Assembly: GCF_963921235.1 (NCBI RefSeq) | Contig: NC_086108.1 | Location: 15,748,001 to 15,812,000 of the forward strand | Origin: Mobula hypostoma | Lineage: Eukaryota | Direction of reading: 5' to 3' | Length of the DNA: 64,000 nt | Part shown: one piece after another, positions 12,390 to 24,994 of the stretch | How positions within the stretch are numbered: position 1 is the first letter of the stretch | How the letters are laid out: each line of letters opens with the position of its first letter | Notes under the pieces: generated by a model | What the model was told of the DNA's origin: nothing | The model's database searches: none | Seen by the model: the letters and a program-made list of their open reading frames with translations, nothing else | Program-made: the position numbers and the translations under genes

Positions 12390-13690
12390 ATGGAAGGGTT
12401 GACTGATGAATTCCTCAGGGCCCTCCGGGACGCTTTGGAGGTGAGTCCACAGGGGTCATGCAGGAGAGCCTGGCAACCAGGGAGGTCCCCCTTGTGTGTC
12501 CCCCTTGTGTGTCAGGCAGTGGTAATCCTGCTGCCCAAGAAGGCTGATCTCCACTGTTTGAGAAATTGGCGTCTGGTCTCTCTCCTTAGCATGGAGAACA
12601 AGATCTTTGCCCAGGTGACAGCCAATCATCTGTACTCTGTTTTGACCCTTACCAGTTCTCCATGGCCTTGGGCTGATGCATTCAGGGCAGCATCCACCTA
12701 GTTTGGAAGGTGCTCCACCTCTCCCAGAGAGCTAGTCTGTTCAGTGCCTTCCTCGCTCTCAATCAGGAGAAGGTGTTTGACAGGGTGATTCACAAATATC
12801 TCTTCAAAACTCTGTACAATTTGTGACCTGTAAGTGCTATCAGGTCTTCTCAGCTGTGTTCTCTGACAGGATCAACTGGGAGAAGTGTTCTAGTCTCTTG
12901 GTGTTGCAATTGCATGTCAGTGGCTCTACCGCAGATGATGAGACCATTTACATGGAGTTCCACTGAGAAAACCTAGCTAACGAGCTGGTGGAACGTGGAG
13001 ACGGAAGTCACTACCTGATTAGGGCACTGGTCAGGAAGAGTTAGTGCGATTTCTTACTGGGACAGAGTGTTGGTCATAAACCAACTGACTGGTTTCTAGT
13101 TGGTCACTTAGTTCCCCTCACTGTTTTAGTTGCCATGCCCTAAAAGAAGTTGGAAGATGTCTTCAAGGGCAATAGGAAACACTTTGTCTCTGCTGTGGTC
13201 CTGTTCTCCTGACAGCAGAAGTTGGTCATTTACTGGTGTACACACATACTTAGCTGGTGGGTCTTCACCCAAGGACCATGTAGAAACGGCCATACACTGA
13301 GCACACTCCTAGATGGAATGTGCTGGGAATGTATTTTTTCCTTCCAGGACATTGCATGCAGCTCTCCTTGCAGAGAGCATTACCCACACTGCTCTTTGGG
13401 AGTTTCCCAGCTTTTATCAGAAGTTATTAAGAGTCTGGAACATGGCTGCCACCAGTCAGAGTGCTCCTCTGCTGGTAGAAAGTGCTGCTTTGGCTCTGAG
13501 AGCAACTGGTCCCCAACCTGTCGCAATAGGTGTTGAGGAGGCTCAAGAGCACGGAGTAATCCTGACTGTGTTAACTTCTTGCTCATCCAGAATTACTCAT
13601 TGGACCCAAGGCCTGAAGTATTTCTCAGGAGCTGATCCCACACAACATGAGCACCCTTGCAGAGATACTCACTGTGCTGTTTCATGAATG
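12390..13690 (+). mobile_element. Degenerate Tx1-clade (L1 group) LINE ORF2
   Basis: ILLPKKADLHCLRNWRLVSLLSMENKIFA and LNQEKVFDRV resemble Tx1 LLPKKGDL..LKNWRPVSLL..DYKI / LDQEKAFDRV. Confidence 0.75.
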
Positions 13691-13895
13691 TGAGCAGTTT
13701 TGGTCCCATATCTAAAAAGTGTGTGCTGGCATTGAAGAGGATCCAGAGCAGATTCACAAGAATAATCCTGGGAATGGAAGAGTTAATGTATGAGGATCGT
13801 TTGATGGCTCTGAGCCTGTACTTGCTGGAGTTTAGAAGAATTAGGGGGTCCCCATTGAAACCTATTCGATACTGAAAGGCCTAGATAGAGTGGAC
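13690..13895 (+). mobile_element. CR1 fragment
   Basis: LALKRIQSRFTRII.GMEELMYEDRLMALSLYLLEFRRIRG. Confidence 0.8.
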
Positions 13896-13899
13896 CCCA

Positions 13900-14298
13900 T
13901 GTGATTTAACTTTCAATAGCAGCTTATCATATCTAACCGTATCAAAGACCTTACTGAAGTCCACATAGACTTTGTCCACTGCTGTGCCCTCATTGATCAT
14001 CCTGTTTGCTTCTTCAAAAAAATTATCAAATTCGTGGGACATAGTCTTACATGTACAAATGTTTGTACAAAGCCTAATTAACTCCTGCCATCTGAATGCT
14101 TGTATACCTTATAGAACATAGAACACTATAACACTGTGTAGGTCCTTTGGCCTATGATGTTGTCCCAACCTTTTAACCTGCTCTAATGTTGTGCCTATCG
14201 AAGAGATTCTTAAGTGTCCCTAATGTATCTGCTTCTAGTACCACTCCTTGTAGGGTGTTCCACACACACACCACTCTGTAAAAAATAATTACCTCTGA
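13900..14298 (-). mobile_element. Older CR1 fragments; the 3' end at 14110-14298 continues at ~17130-17420
   Basis: CR1 tail atagaacatagaaca at ~14111; sequence after 17130 continues the same 3' region by comparison with 9040-9350. Confidence 0.75.
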
Positions 14299-17130
14299 TA
14301 TAGAAACATAGAAAATAGGTGCAGGAGTAGGCCATTCGGCCCTTCGAGCCTGCACCGCCATTTATTATGATCATGGCTGATCATCCAACTCAGAACCCAG
14401 CCTTCCCTCCATACCCCCTGACCCCTGTAGCCACAAGGGCCATATCTAACTTCCTTTTAAACATAGCTAATGAACTGGCCTCAACAGTTTGCTGTGGCAG
14501 AGAATTCCACAGATTCACCACTCTCTGTGTGAAGAAGTTTTTCCTAACCTCGGTCCTAAAAGGCTTCCCCTCTATCCTCAAACTGTGACCCCTCGTTCTA
14601 GACCTCCCCAACATCGGGAACAATCTTCCCGCATCTAGCCTGTCCAATCCCTTTAGGATCTTATACGTTTCAATCAGATCCCCCCTCAATCTTCTAAATT
14701 CCAACGAGTACAAGCCCAGTTCATCCAGTCTTTCTTCATATGAAAGACCTGCCATCCCAGGAATCAATCTGGTGAACCTTCTTTGTACTCCCTCTATGGC
14801 AAAGATGTCTTTCCTCAGATTAGGGGACCAAAACTGCACACAATACTCCAGGTGTGGTCTCACCAAGGCCTTGTACAACTGCAGTAGTACCTCCCTGCTC
14901 CTGTACTCGAATCCTCTCGCTATAAATGCCAGCATACCATTCGCCTTTTTCACCGCCTGCTGTACCTGCATGCCCACTTTCAATGACTGGTGTATAATGA
15001 CACCCAGGTCTCGTTGCACCTCCCCTTTTCCTAATCGGCCACCATTCAGATAATAATCTGTTTTCCTATTTTTGCCACCAAAGTGGATAACTTCACATTT
15101 ATCCACATTAAATTGCATCTGCCATGAGTTTGCCCACTCACCCAACCTATCCAAGTCACCCTGCATCCTCTTAGCATCCTCCTCACTGCTAACACTGCCA
15201 CCCAGCTTTGTGTCATCCGCAAACTTGGAGATGCTGCATTTAATTCCCTCATCCAAGTCATTAATATATATTGTAAACAACTGGGGTCCCAGCACTGAGC
15301 CTTGCGGTACCCCACTAGTCACCGCCTGCCATTCTGAAAAGGTCCCGTTTATTCCCACTCTTTGCTTCCTGTCTGCTAACCAATTCTCCACCCACACCAA
15401 TACCTTACCCCCAATACCGTGTGCTTTAAGTTTGCACACTAATCTCCTGTGTGGGACCTTGTCAAAAGCCTTTTGAAAATCCAAATATACCACATCCACT
15501 GGTTCTCCCCTATCCACTCTACTAGTTACATCCTCAAAAAATTCTATGAGATTCGTCAGACATGATTTTCCTTTCACAAATCCATGCTGACTTTGTCCGA
15601 TCATTTCACCGCTTTCCAAATGTGCTGTTATCACATCCTTGATAACTGACTCCAGCAGTTTCCCCACCACCGACGTTAGGCTAACCGGCCTATAATTCCC
15701 TGGTTTCTCTCTCCCTCCTTTTTTAAAAAGTGGGGTTACATTAGCCACCCTCCAATCCTCAGGAACTAGTCCAGAATCTAACGAGTTTTGAAAAATTATC
15801 ACTAATGCATCCACTATTTCTTGGGCCACTTCCTTAAGCACTCTGGGATGCAGACCATCTGGCCCTGGGGATTTATCTGCCTTCAATCCCTTCAATTTAC
15901 CTAACACCACTTCCCTACTAACATGTATTTCGCTCAGTTCCTCCATCTCACTGGACCCTCTGTCCCTTACTATTTCTGGAAGATTATTTATGTCCTCCTT
16001 AGTGAAGACAGAACCAAAGTAATTATTCAATTGGTCTGCCATGTCCTTGCTCCCCATAATCAATTCACCTGTTTCTGTTTGCAGGGGACCTACATTTGTC
16101 TTTATCAGTCTTTTCCTTTTTACATATCTATAAAAGCTTTTACAGTCCGTTTTTATGTTCTCTGCCAGTTTTCTCTCATAATCTTTTTTCCCCTTCCTAA
16201 TTAAGCCCTTTGTCCTCCTCTGCTGAACTCTGAATTTCTCCCAGTCCTCAGGTGAGCCACTTTCTCTGGCTAATTTGTATGCTACTTCTTTGGAATTGAT
16301 ACTATCCCTAATTTCTCTTGTCAGCCACGGGTGCACTACCTTCCTTGATTTATTCTTTTGCCAAACTGGGATGAACAATTGTTGTAGTTCATCCATGCAA
16401 CCTTTAAATGCCTGCCATTGCATATCCACCGTCAATCCTTGAAGTGTCATTTGCCAGTCTATCTTAGCTAATTCACGTCTCATACCTTCAAAGTTACCCC
16501 TCTTTAAGTTCAGAACCTTTGTTTCTGAATTAACTACGTCACTCTCCATGTTAATGAAGAATTCCACCATATTATGGTCACTCTTACCCAAGGGGCCTCT
16601 CACAACAAGATCGCTAATTAACCCTTCCTCATTGCTCAAAACCCAGTCCAGAATAGCCTGCTCTCTAGTCGGTTCCTCGACATGTTGGTTCAAAAAACCA
16701 TCCCGCATACATTCCAAGAAATCCTCTTCCTCAGCACCTTTACCAATTTGGTTCACCCAGTCTACATGTAGATTGAAGTCACCCATTATAACTGCTGTTC
16801 CTTTATTGCACACATTTCTAATTTCCTGTTTAATACCATCTCCGACCTCACTACTACTGTTAGGTGGCCTGTACACAACTCCCACCAGCGTCTTCTGCCC
16901 CTTAGTGTTACGCAGCTCTACCCATATCGATTCCACATCTTCCCGGCTTATGTCCTTCCTTTCTATTGCGTTAATCTCTTTTTTAACCAGCAACGCCACC
17001 CCACCTCCCCTTCCTTCATGTCTATCCCTCCTGAATATTGAATATCCCTGAACGTTGAGCTCCCATCCCTGGTCACCCTGGAGCCATGTCTCTGTGATCC
17101 CAACTATATCATAATCATTAATAACAATCT
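14299..17130 (-). mobile_element. Young 5'-truncated CR1 LINE
   Basis: Uninterrupted ORF2 plus complete 3' UTR with ttctatgtttcta tail. Confidence 0.96.
14390..17128 (-). CDS. CR1 ORF2 (APE endonuclease + reverse transcriptase), open frame truncated at the N-terminus
   Basis: 869-aa ORF plus 43 further open codons (IVINDYDIVGITETWL...); [27 protein letters not shown] intact; no own start. Confidence 0.93.
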   Translation of the reverse strand: MVINDYDIVGITETWLQGDQGWELNVQGYSIFRRDRHEGRGGGVALLVKKEINAIERKDISREDVESIWVELRNTKGQKTLVGVVYRPPNSSSEVGDGIKQEIRNVCNKGTAVIMGDFNLHVDWVNQIGKGAEEEDFLECMRDGFLNQHVEEPTREQAILDWVLSNEEGLISDLVVRGPLGKSDHNMVEFFINMESDVVNSETKVLNLKRGNFEGMRRELAKIDWQMTLQGLTVDMQWQAFKGCMDELQQLFIPVWQKNKSRKVVHPWLTREIRDSINSKEVAYKLARESGSPEDWEKFRVQQRRTKGLIRKGKKDYERKLAENIKTDCKSFYRYVKRKRLIKTNVGPLQTETGELIMGSKDMADQLNNYFGSVFTKEDINNLPEIVRDRGSSEMEELSEIHVSREVVLGKLKGLKADKSPGPDGLHPRVLKEVAQEIVDALVIIFQNSLDSGLVPEDWRVANVTPLFKKGGREKPGNYRPVSLTSVVGKLLESVIKDVITAHLESGEMIGQSQHGFVKGKSCLTNLIEFFEDVTSRVDRGEPVDVVYLDFQKAFDKVPHRRLVCKLKAHGIGGKVLVWVENWLADRKQRVGINGTFSEWQAVTSGVPQGSVLGPQLFTIYINDLDEGIKCSISKFADDTKLGGSVSSEEDAKRMQGDLDRLGEWANSWQMQFNVDKCEVIHFGGKNRKTDYYLNGGRLGKGEVQRDLGVIIHQSLKVGMQVQQAVKKANGMLAFIARGFEYRSREVLLQLYKALVRPHLEYCVQFWSPNLRKDIFAIEGVQRRFTRLIPGMAGLSYEERLDELGLYSLEFRRLRGDLIETYKILKGLDRLDAGRLFPMLGRSRTRGHSLRIEGKPFRTEVRKNFFTQRVVNLWNSLPQQTVEASSLAMFKRKLDMALVATGVRGYGGKAGF

Positions 17131-17424
17131 CTATACTTTCCTCTGATCACCTTAAAATTCTGCCCCCTCATATTAGCCATTTCCACCCTGTGAAAAGGTC
17201 TCTGGCTCTCCAGCTGATCTGTATCACTTTTCATCTTGTACACCTTTATCAAGTTGCCTCTCATCCTCCTTCACTCCAAAGAGAAAAGCCCTAGTTCCTC
17301 AACCTATCCTCAAAAGATATGCCCTCTAATCCAGGCAGCTTTCTGGTAAATCTCCTCTGCACCCTTTCTAAAGCTTCTTCACCACCTTTCTAATGAGGCG
17401 ACCAGAACTGAACACAGTATTGAT

Positions 17425-17865
17425 GATAGATGCTGCTTTCTTGCAACAGCACTCCTTGCAGATGTGCTCAGTGGTGGGAAGTGCTTTACCCATGATATTC
17501 GAGGGAATTGATGTTTCCCTATCAAGCTATGATGCAACTAGTCAGTATTCTCTCCACCATGCATCCAGAGAAGTTTGTCGAAGTTTTAGATGACATGTGA
17601 ATCCCCACAAACTTCTAAGAAAGAAGAAGTGTGGTTGTGTCTTCTTTGTAATGGCATTTATGTGCTGCACCCAGGACAAATCCTCTGAAATGATAATATT
17701 GAGGAATTTAAAGTTGCTGACCAGCTCCAACTCTGAAGACTAGCTATGGACCTCTGGTTTCCTCCTCCTGAAGTCAATAATCAGTTCTTTGGTTATGCCA
17801 ACATTGAGTGAGAGGTTGTTGTTGTGGCACCACTCAGCCATATTTTCAATCTCCCTCCTATCTGG
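17425..17865 (-). mobile_element. Rex/Babar-like LINE fragment
   Basis: ELVSNFKFLNIIISEDLSWVQHINAITKK...FFLRSL. Confidence 0.75.
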
Positions 17866-18039
17866 CGTCAGAATTTCTATTCAGGATTCATTGAAGCTAT
17901 AATTGCCAAAAGATAGAAAAATTGAAAGGCATGGGTGGGAGCAGGAAGAAATTGCTGATATAGATTATCGACTCTGGTTGACTCTGTAAAGGGACTAATA
18001 TAGTGCAGATTTGCAGGGAGAAATTTTCCTCTTACATTC

Positions 18040-19014
18040 TCAAATTGAGAGGAAAAATTGGATCCAAAATTGGCTTGGAAATGGGGGACATGGGATGATT
18101 GGGAGCCTTTTACCAGTAGTAGCTTTTAGTGTTTGTGATATTCATTGATGATTTAGATTTCGATGTAGAAAGTATGATTAGCAAGTTTGCAGAGGACACA
18201 AAAATTAATCGTCTTATGGATAAGGAGGAGAGTAATTTTTGACTACAAAAAGATAATAACGGTTTGGTAAGTTAGCAAACTAATGGCAAAAGAAATTTTA
18301 AATTTATAAGTGCAAAATGATGCATTTTGAGAATTCAAATTAGAGTGGGAAGTACACAATGAAATGTAGGGTCCCGAGGAGTACTGAGGAATAAAGGGAC
18401 CTTGATATAAAATCCAAAGATCCCTGAAGGTGACAACATAGGTTAAAAAAAGGTGTAGTAAAGAAGGCATACAAATGCTAACCATTATATGGGAAATGGA
18501 ATATAAGAACAAGTGTAGTTATGCTACAGCTTTATAAAACACTAGTAAGGTCACATCTGGAATATTGGGTGCAATTTTGGTTTCCTTAACAAGTGTCATG
18601 CTCTGGAGAGGGTGCAGAGGAGGTTCACCGGGATGGAGTGTCTCAGTTACAAGGAGAAAGTGGAGAGGCTGGGATTGTTTTCCTTGGAATAGAGAAAGCT
18701 GAAGGGATATACAAAATTGTTAGTGACAAGGATAGGATAGGATAGACCCCATATCAGAGATGGCTTTAACCAGAGGGCATAGGTTTGAAGTTTAGATGGC
18801 ACCTTATGGAAACTTTTCCCCTCAGATGGTTGTTGGAATTGGGAATCTGGAACACATTGGCTGAGGGTTACTCTCATAACATATAAGAAGTTTCCAGACA
18901 AGCACTTGAATTGGCAAAATGAAGAATCTTATCTCTGGTTAGGCCACATCTAGAGTATTGCATTTGATTCCAGTCACCCCATTATGGGAAGGATTGTGGA
19001 GGCTATGTAGAGTG
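18040..19014 (+). mobile_element. Old decayed CR1 fragments (last one resumes at 24459-24600)
   Basis: gcaagtttgcagaggacac (SKFAEDT), RSHLEYWVQFW; GAGTG duplication flanking the nested insert. Confidence 0.75.
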
Positions 19015-22000
19015 GCATGTCGCAAAGGTAATTCTACGGTTGTTATGGGGGATTTCAACATGCAGGTGGACTGGGAAAAACAGGTTGATAATGGACCCCA
19101 AGAAAGGGAGTTTGTGGAATGCCTCAGCGATGGATTCTTAGAGCAGCTTGTATTAGAGCCTACCAGGGAGAAGGCAATTCTGGATTTAGTGTTGTGTAAA
19201 GAGCCAGATTTGATAAGGGAACTCGAGGTAAAGGATCCATTAGGAGGTAGTGACCATAATATGATAAGTTGTAATCTACAATTTGAGAGGGAGAAGGGAA
19301 GATCGGAAGTGTCAGTATTACAGTTGAACAAAGGGGACCATGGACCCCAGTGTGGCTGGGGTGAAAATAAATGATGTTAAAAGTTCAAGCAAATCCGCTA
19401 ATAGAAAGGTTGTGAGTGGTGGTAAAAATCTTCTGAGGTGTATATATTTCAATGCGAGGAGTATTGCGGGGAAGGCAGATGAGTTGAGGGCGTGGATTGA
19501 CACGTGGAATTATGACGTTATAGCAATTAGTGAAACTTGGCTACAGGAGGGGCAGGACTGGCAGCTTAATATTCCAGGGTTCCAATGTTTCAGATGTGAT
19601 CGAGGCAGAGGAATGAAAGGTGAGGGAGTAGCATTGCTTGTTAGGGAAAATATTACAACAGTTCTCAGGCAGGACAGATTAGAGGGCTTGTCTACTGAGT
19701 CCTTATGGGTGGAGCTGAGAAACAGGAAAAGTATGGCCACATTAGTGGGATTGTATTACAGACCACCTAATAGTCAACGAGAATTGGAAGAGCAAATCTG
19801 CAGAGAGATAGAAGGCAACTGCAGGAAACATAAAGTTGTGGTGGTAGGGGATTTTAATTTTCCATATATTGATTGGGACTCCCATACTGTTAGGGGGTCT
19901 AGATGGTTTAGAGTTTGTAAAATGTGTTCAGGGAAGTTTTCTAAATCAATGTATAGAGGGACCAACTAGAGGGGATGCAATATTGGATCTCCTGTTAGGA
20001 AACGAGTTAGGACAAGTGACAGAAGTCTGTGTAGGGGAGCACTTTGGTTCCAGTGATCATAACACCATTAGTTTCAACTTGATCATGGACAAGGATAGAT
20101 CTGGTCCTAGGGTTGAGGTTCTTAACTGGAAAGGATCTAAAAAGCGTGGATTGGGACAGGTTGTTCTCTGGCAAGGATGTGATCGGTAGGTGGGAAGCCT
20201 TCAAAGGAGAAATTTTGAGAGTGCAGAATTTGTATGTTCCTGTCAGGATTAAAGGCAAAGTGAATAGGAATAAGGAACCTTGGTTCTCAAGGGATATTGC
20301 AACTCTGATAAAGAAGAAGAGGGAGTTGTATGACAGGTATAGGAAGCAGGGAGTAAATAACGTACTTGAGTATAAGAAGTGCAAGAAAATACTTAAGAAA
20401 GAAATCAGGAGGGCTAAAAGAAGACATGAGGTTGCATTGGCAGGCAAAGTGAAGGATAATCCAAAGAGCTTTTACAGGTATATTAAGAGCAAAAGAATTG
20501 TAAGGGATAAAATTGGTCCTCTTGAAGATCAGAGTGGTCGACTATGTGCGGAACCAAAGGAAATGGGGGAGATCTTAAATAGGTTTTTTGCGTCTGTATT
20601 TACTAAGGAAACCGGCATGAAGTCTATGGAATTAAGGGAAACAAGTAGTGAGATCATGGAAACTGTACAGATCGAAAAGGAGGAGGTCCTTGCTGTCTTG
20701 AGGAAAATTAAAGTGGATAAATCCCCGGGACCTGACAGGGTGTTCCCTCGGACCTTGAAGGAGACTAGTGTTGAAATTGCAGGGGCCCTGGCAGAAATAT
20801 TTAAAATGTCGCTGTCTACAGGTGAGGTGCTGGAGGATTGGAGAGTGGCTCATGTTGTCCCGTTGTTTAAAAAAGGATCAAAAAGTAATCCGGGAAATTA
20901 TAAGCCAGTAAATTTAACGTCAGTAGTAAGTAAGTTATTGGAGGGAGTGCTAAGAGACAGAATCTACAAGCATTTGGATACACAGGGACTTATTAGGGAG
21001 AGTCAACATGGCTTTGTGCATGGTAGGTCATGTTTGACCAATCTATTGGAGTTTTTCGAGGAAGTTACCAGGAAAGTGGATGAAGGGAAGGCAGTGGATA
21101 TTGTCTACATGGACTTCAGTAAGGCCTTTGACAAGGTCCCGCATGGGAGGTTAGTTAGGAAAATTCAGTCGCTAGGTATACGTGGAGAGGTGGTAAATTG
21201 GATTAGACGTTGGCTCAATGGAAGAAGCCAAAGAGTGGTAGTAGAGAATTGCTTCTCCAAGTGGAGGCCTGAGACTAGTGGTGTGCCACAGGGATCAGTG
21301 CTAGGTCCATTGTTATTTGTCATCTATATCAATGATTTGGATGATAATGTGGTAAATTGGATCAGCAAATTTGCTGATGATACAAAGATTGGAGGTGTAG
21401 TAGACAGTGAGGAAGGTTTTCAGAGCCTGCAGAGGAACTTGGACCAGCTGGAAAAATGGGCTGATAAATGGCAGATGGAGTTTAATACAGACAAGTGTGA
21501 GGTATTGCACGTTGGAAGGACAAACCAAAGTAGAACATACAGGGTTAATGGTAAGGCACTGAGGAGTGCAGCGTAACAGAGGAATCTGGGAATACAGATA
21601 CAAAATTCCCTAAAAGTAGCGTCACAGGTAGATAGGGTCGTAAAGAGAGCTTTTGGTACATTGGCCTTTATTAATCAAAGTATTGAGTATAAGAGCTGGA
21701 ATGTTATGATGAGGTTGTATAAGGCATTGGTGAGGCCGAATCTGGAGTATTGTGTTCAGTTTTGGTCACCAAATTACAGGAAGGATATAAATAAGATTGA
21801 AAGAGTGCAGAGAAGGTTTACAAGGATGTTGCCGGGACTTGAGAAACTCAGTTATAGAGAAAGGTTGAATAGGTTAGGACTTTATTCCCTGGAGTGTAGA
21901 AGAATGAGGGGAGATTTGATAGAGGTATATAAAATTATGATGGGTATAGATAGAGTGAATGCAAGCAGGCTTTTTCCACTGAGGCAAGGGGAGAAAAAAA

Positions 22001-24458
22001 CCAGAGGACATGGGTTAAGGGTGAGGGGGGAAAAGTGTAAAGGGAACATTGGGGGGGCTACTTCACACAGAGAATGGTGGGAGTATGGAATGAGCTGCCA
22101 GACGAGGTGGTAAATGCGGGTTCTTTTTTAACATTTAAGAATAAATTGGACAGATACATGGATGGGAGGTGTATGGAGAGTTATGGTCCGTGTGCAGGTC
22201 AGTGGGACTAGGCAGAAAATGGTTCGGCACAGCCAAGAAGGGCCAAAAGGCCTGTTTCTGTACTGTAGTTTCTATGGTTTCTATGACCCATGATGGAGGA
22301 GCTGGCCAAAGTTGACTGGAAAGATACCCTAGCAGGGATGACAGTGGAACAACAATGGCAGGTATTTCTGGGAATAATACAGAGGGTGCAGGATCAGTTC
22401 ATTCCAAAGAGGAAGAAAGATTCTAAGGGGAGTAAGGGGCGACCATGGAGGACAAGGGATGTCAAGGACAGAATAAAAATAAAAAAGAGGAAGTACAACA
22501 TAGCAAGGATGTGTGGGAAGCCAGGGGATTGGTAGACTTTTAAGGAGCAACAGAAGATAACTAAAAAGGCAATACGGCGGGGGGGGGGGTGGAAATGAGG
22601 TACGAAGGTAAGCTAGCCAAGAATATAAAGGAGGATAGTAAAAGCTTCTTTAGGTATGTGAAGAGGGAAAAATTAGTTAAGACCAAAGTTGGGCCCTTGA
22701 AGACAGAAATGGGTGAAATTATTATGGGGAACAAGGAAATGGCAGACGAGCTGAACAGGTACTTTGGATCTGTCTTCACTAGGGAAGACACAAACAATCT
22801 CCTAGATGTAATAGTGGCCAGAGGACCTAGGGTAACAGAGGAACTGAAGGAAATTTGCATCAAGCAGAAAATGGTATTGGGACTGAAGGCTGATAAATCC
22901 CCAGGGCCTGATGGTCTGCATCCCAGGGTACTTAAGGAGGTGGCTCAAGAAATCGTGGACGCATTGGTAATCATTTTCCATGTTCTATAGATTCAGGATC
23001 AGTTCCTGTGGATTGGAGGGTAGCTAATGTTATCCCACTTTTTAAAAAAGGAGGGAGAGAGAAAACAGGCAGTTAGTCTGACATCAGTGGTGGGGAAGAT
23101 GCTGGAATCAATTATAAAAGATGAAATAGCGGCATATTTGGATAGCAGTAGCAGGATAGGTCTGAGTCACAAAGGGGAAATCATGCTTGACTAATCTTCT
23201 GGAATTTTTTGAGAATGTAACTATGAAAATGGACATGGGAAAGCCAGTAGATGTAGTGTACCTGGACTTTCAGAAAGCCTTTGATAAGGTCCCACATAGG
23301 AGGTTAGTGGGCAAAATTAGAGCAAATGGTATTGGGGGTAGGGTACTGACATGGATAGAAAATTGGTTGGCAGACAGGAAACAAAGAGTAGGGATTAGTG
23401 GGTCCTTTTCAGAATGGCAGGCAGTGACTAGTGGGGTACCACAAGGCTTGGTGCTGGGACCGCAGCTATTTACAATACACATTAATGATTTAGATGAAGG
23501 GATTAAAAGTAACATTAGCAAATTTGCAGATGACACAGAGCTGGGTGGCAGTGTGAAATGTGAGGAGGATGTTATGAGAATGCAGGGTGACTTGGACAGG
23601 TTGGGTGAGTGGGCAGATGCAGTTTAATGTGGATAAATGTGAGGTTATCCACTTTGGTGGCAAGAACAGGAAGGCAGATGACTATCTCAATGGTGTCAAG
23701 TTAGGAAATGGGGAAATACAACAAGATCTAGGTGTCCTTGTTCATCAGTCACTGAAAGTAAGCATGCAGGTACAGCAGGCAGTGAAGAAAGCTAATGACA
23801 TGTTGGCCTTCATAACAAGGAAAGTTGAGTATAGGAGCAAAGAGGTCCTTCTGCAGTTGTATAGGGCCCTGGTGAGACCACACCTGGAGTATTGTGTACA
23901 GTTTTGGTCTCCAAATTTGAGGAAGGACATTCTAGCTATTGAGGGAGTGCAGCATAGGTTCACGAGGTTAATTCCCAGGATGGCGGGACTGTCATATGTT
24001 GAACGATTGGAGCGACTGGGCTTGTATACACTGGAATTTAGAAGGATGAGAGGGGATCTGATTGAAACATATAAGATTATTAAGGGATTGGACACGCTAG
24101 AGGCAGGAAGCATGTTCCCCGATGTTGGGGGAGTCCAGAACCAGAGGCCACAGTTTAAGAATAAGGGGTAGACTATTTAGAACAGAATTGAGGAAAAACT
24201 TTTTCACACAGGGGGGTTGTGGTCCTGTGGAATGCTCTGCTTCAGAAGGCAGAGGAGGCCAATTCTCTGGATTCTTTCAAGAAAGAGTTAGATAGAGCTC
24301 TTAAAGATAGCAGAGTCAAGGGATATGGGGAGAAGGCAGGAAAAGGGTACTGATTGTGGATGATCAGCCATGATCACAGTGAATGGCGGTGCTGGCTCGA
24401 AGGGCTGAATGGCCTACTCCTGAACCTATCGTCTATCGTCTATCGTCTATTGTCTATT
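19015..24458 (+). mobile_element. CR1 LINE (segments 19015-19347 and 22285-24458) split by a nested CR1
   Basis: EN motifs GDFN/SDH, reading continues LNKGD..|MEELAKVDW; (TATCGTC/TATTGTC)n tail; candidate TSD GAGTG 19010-19014/24459-24463. Confidence 0.92.
19348..22284 (+). mobile_element. CR1 LINE with near-complete ORF2 (few lesions)
   Basis: CIYFNARSI...SETWL, 487-aa RT fragment with FADD; ttctatggtttctat tail; candidate TSD GACCC 19343-19347/22285-22289. Confidence 0.95.
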
Positions 24459-24994
24459 GAGTGTGCAGAAGAGGTTTATCAGGATACTGCCTGTTTTAAA
24501 GGGAATGTGCTATGAAGTGAGGTTATACAAATGCGTAGTTTTCTGTGGAGCAGTAGAGGCTCCACTGAGATTATGACAGGTATGCATAGGGTAGACAGAG
24601 CACAGCATAGGAGCAGGCCCTTTGGCCCACAATGTTGTGCTGAACCGATTAAATTAGTAATTGAATGGCCAACTAAAGTAATCTCCTCTTCCCACACAAT
24701 GTCCATAGCATTCCATTTTTCTTACATTCATGTGCCTATCTAAATGTCTCTTAAAAGTCCCTAATGTATCTGCCTCTACCACCACCCCAGGCAGCAGATT
24801 TCAGTGTTCCACTCTCTGTGTAAAAAAAAACTTGCCCCTCATATCTCCTTTGAAATAACCCCCTCACCTTAAATGTATAACCACTGGTATTAGACATGAC
24901 AACTCTTTCTATCTATACCTCATAATCCTATAAACCTCCATCAGATCTCACCTCAGGCTCTGCCACTCCACAGAAAACGACCTAAGTTTGTCCA

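Noticed and set aside
14390..16999. RT ORFs as retron, group II intron or domesticated host gene
   Set aside because: APE+RT layout, 3' microsatellite tail and 5' truncation mark ordinary non-LTR retrotransposons
14367..17051. Plus-strand ORFs opposite CR1 ORF2 (and similar throughout)
   Set aside because: Antisense frames recurring in every CR1 copy; no independent coding evidence
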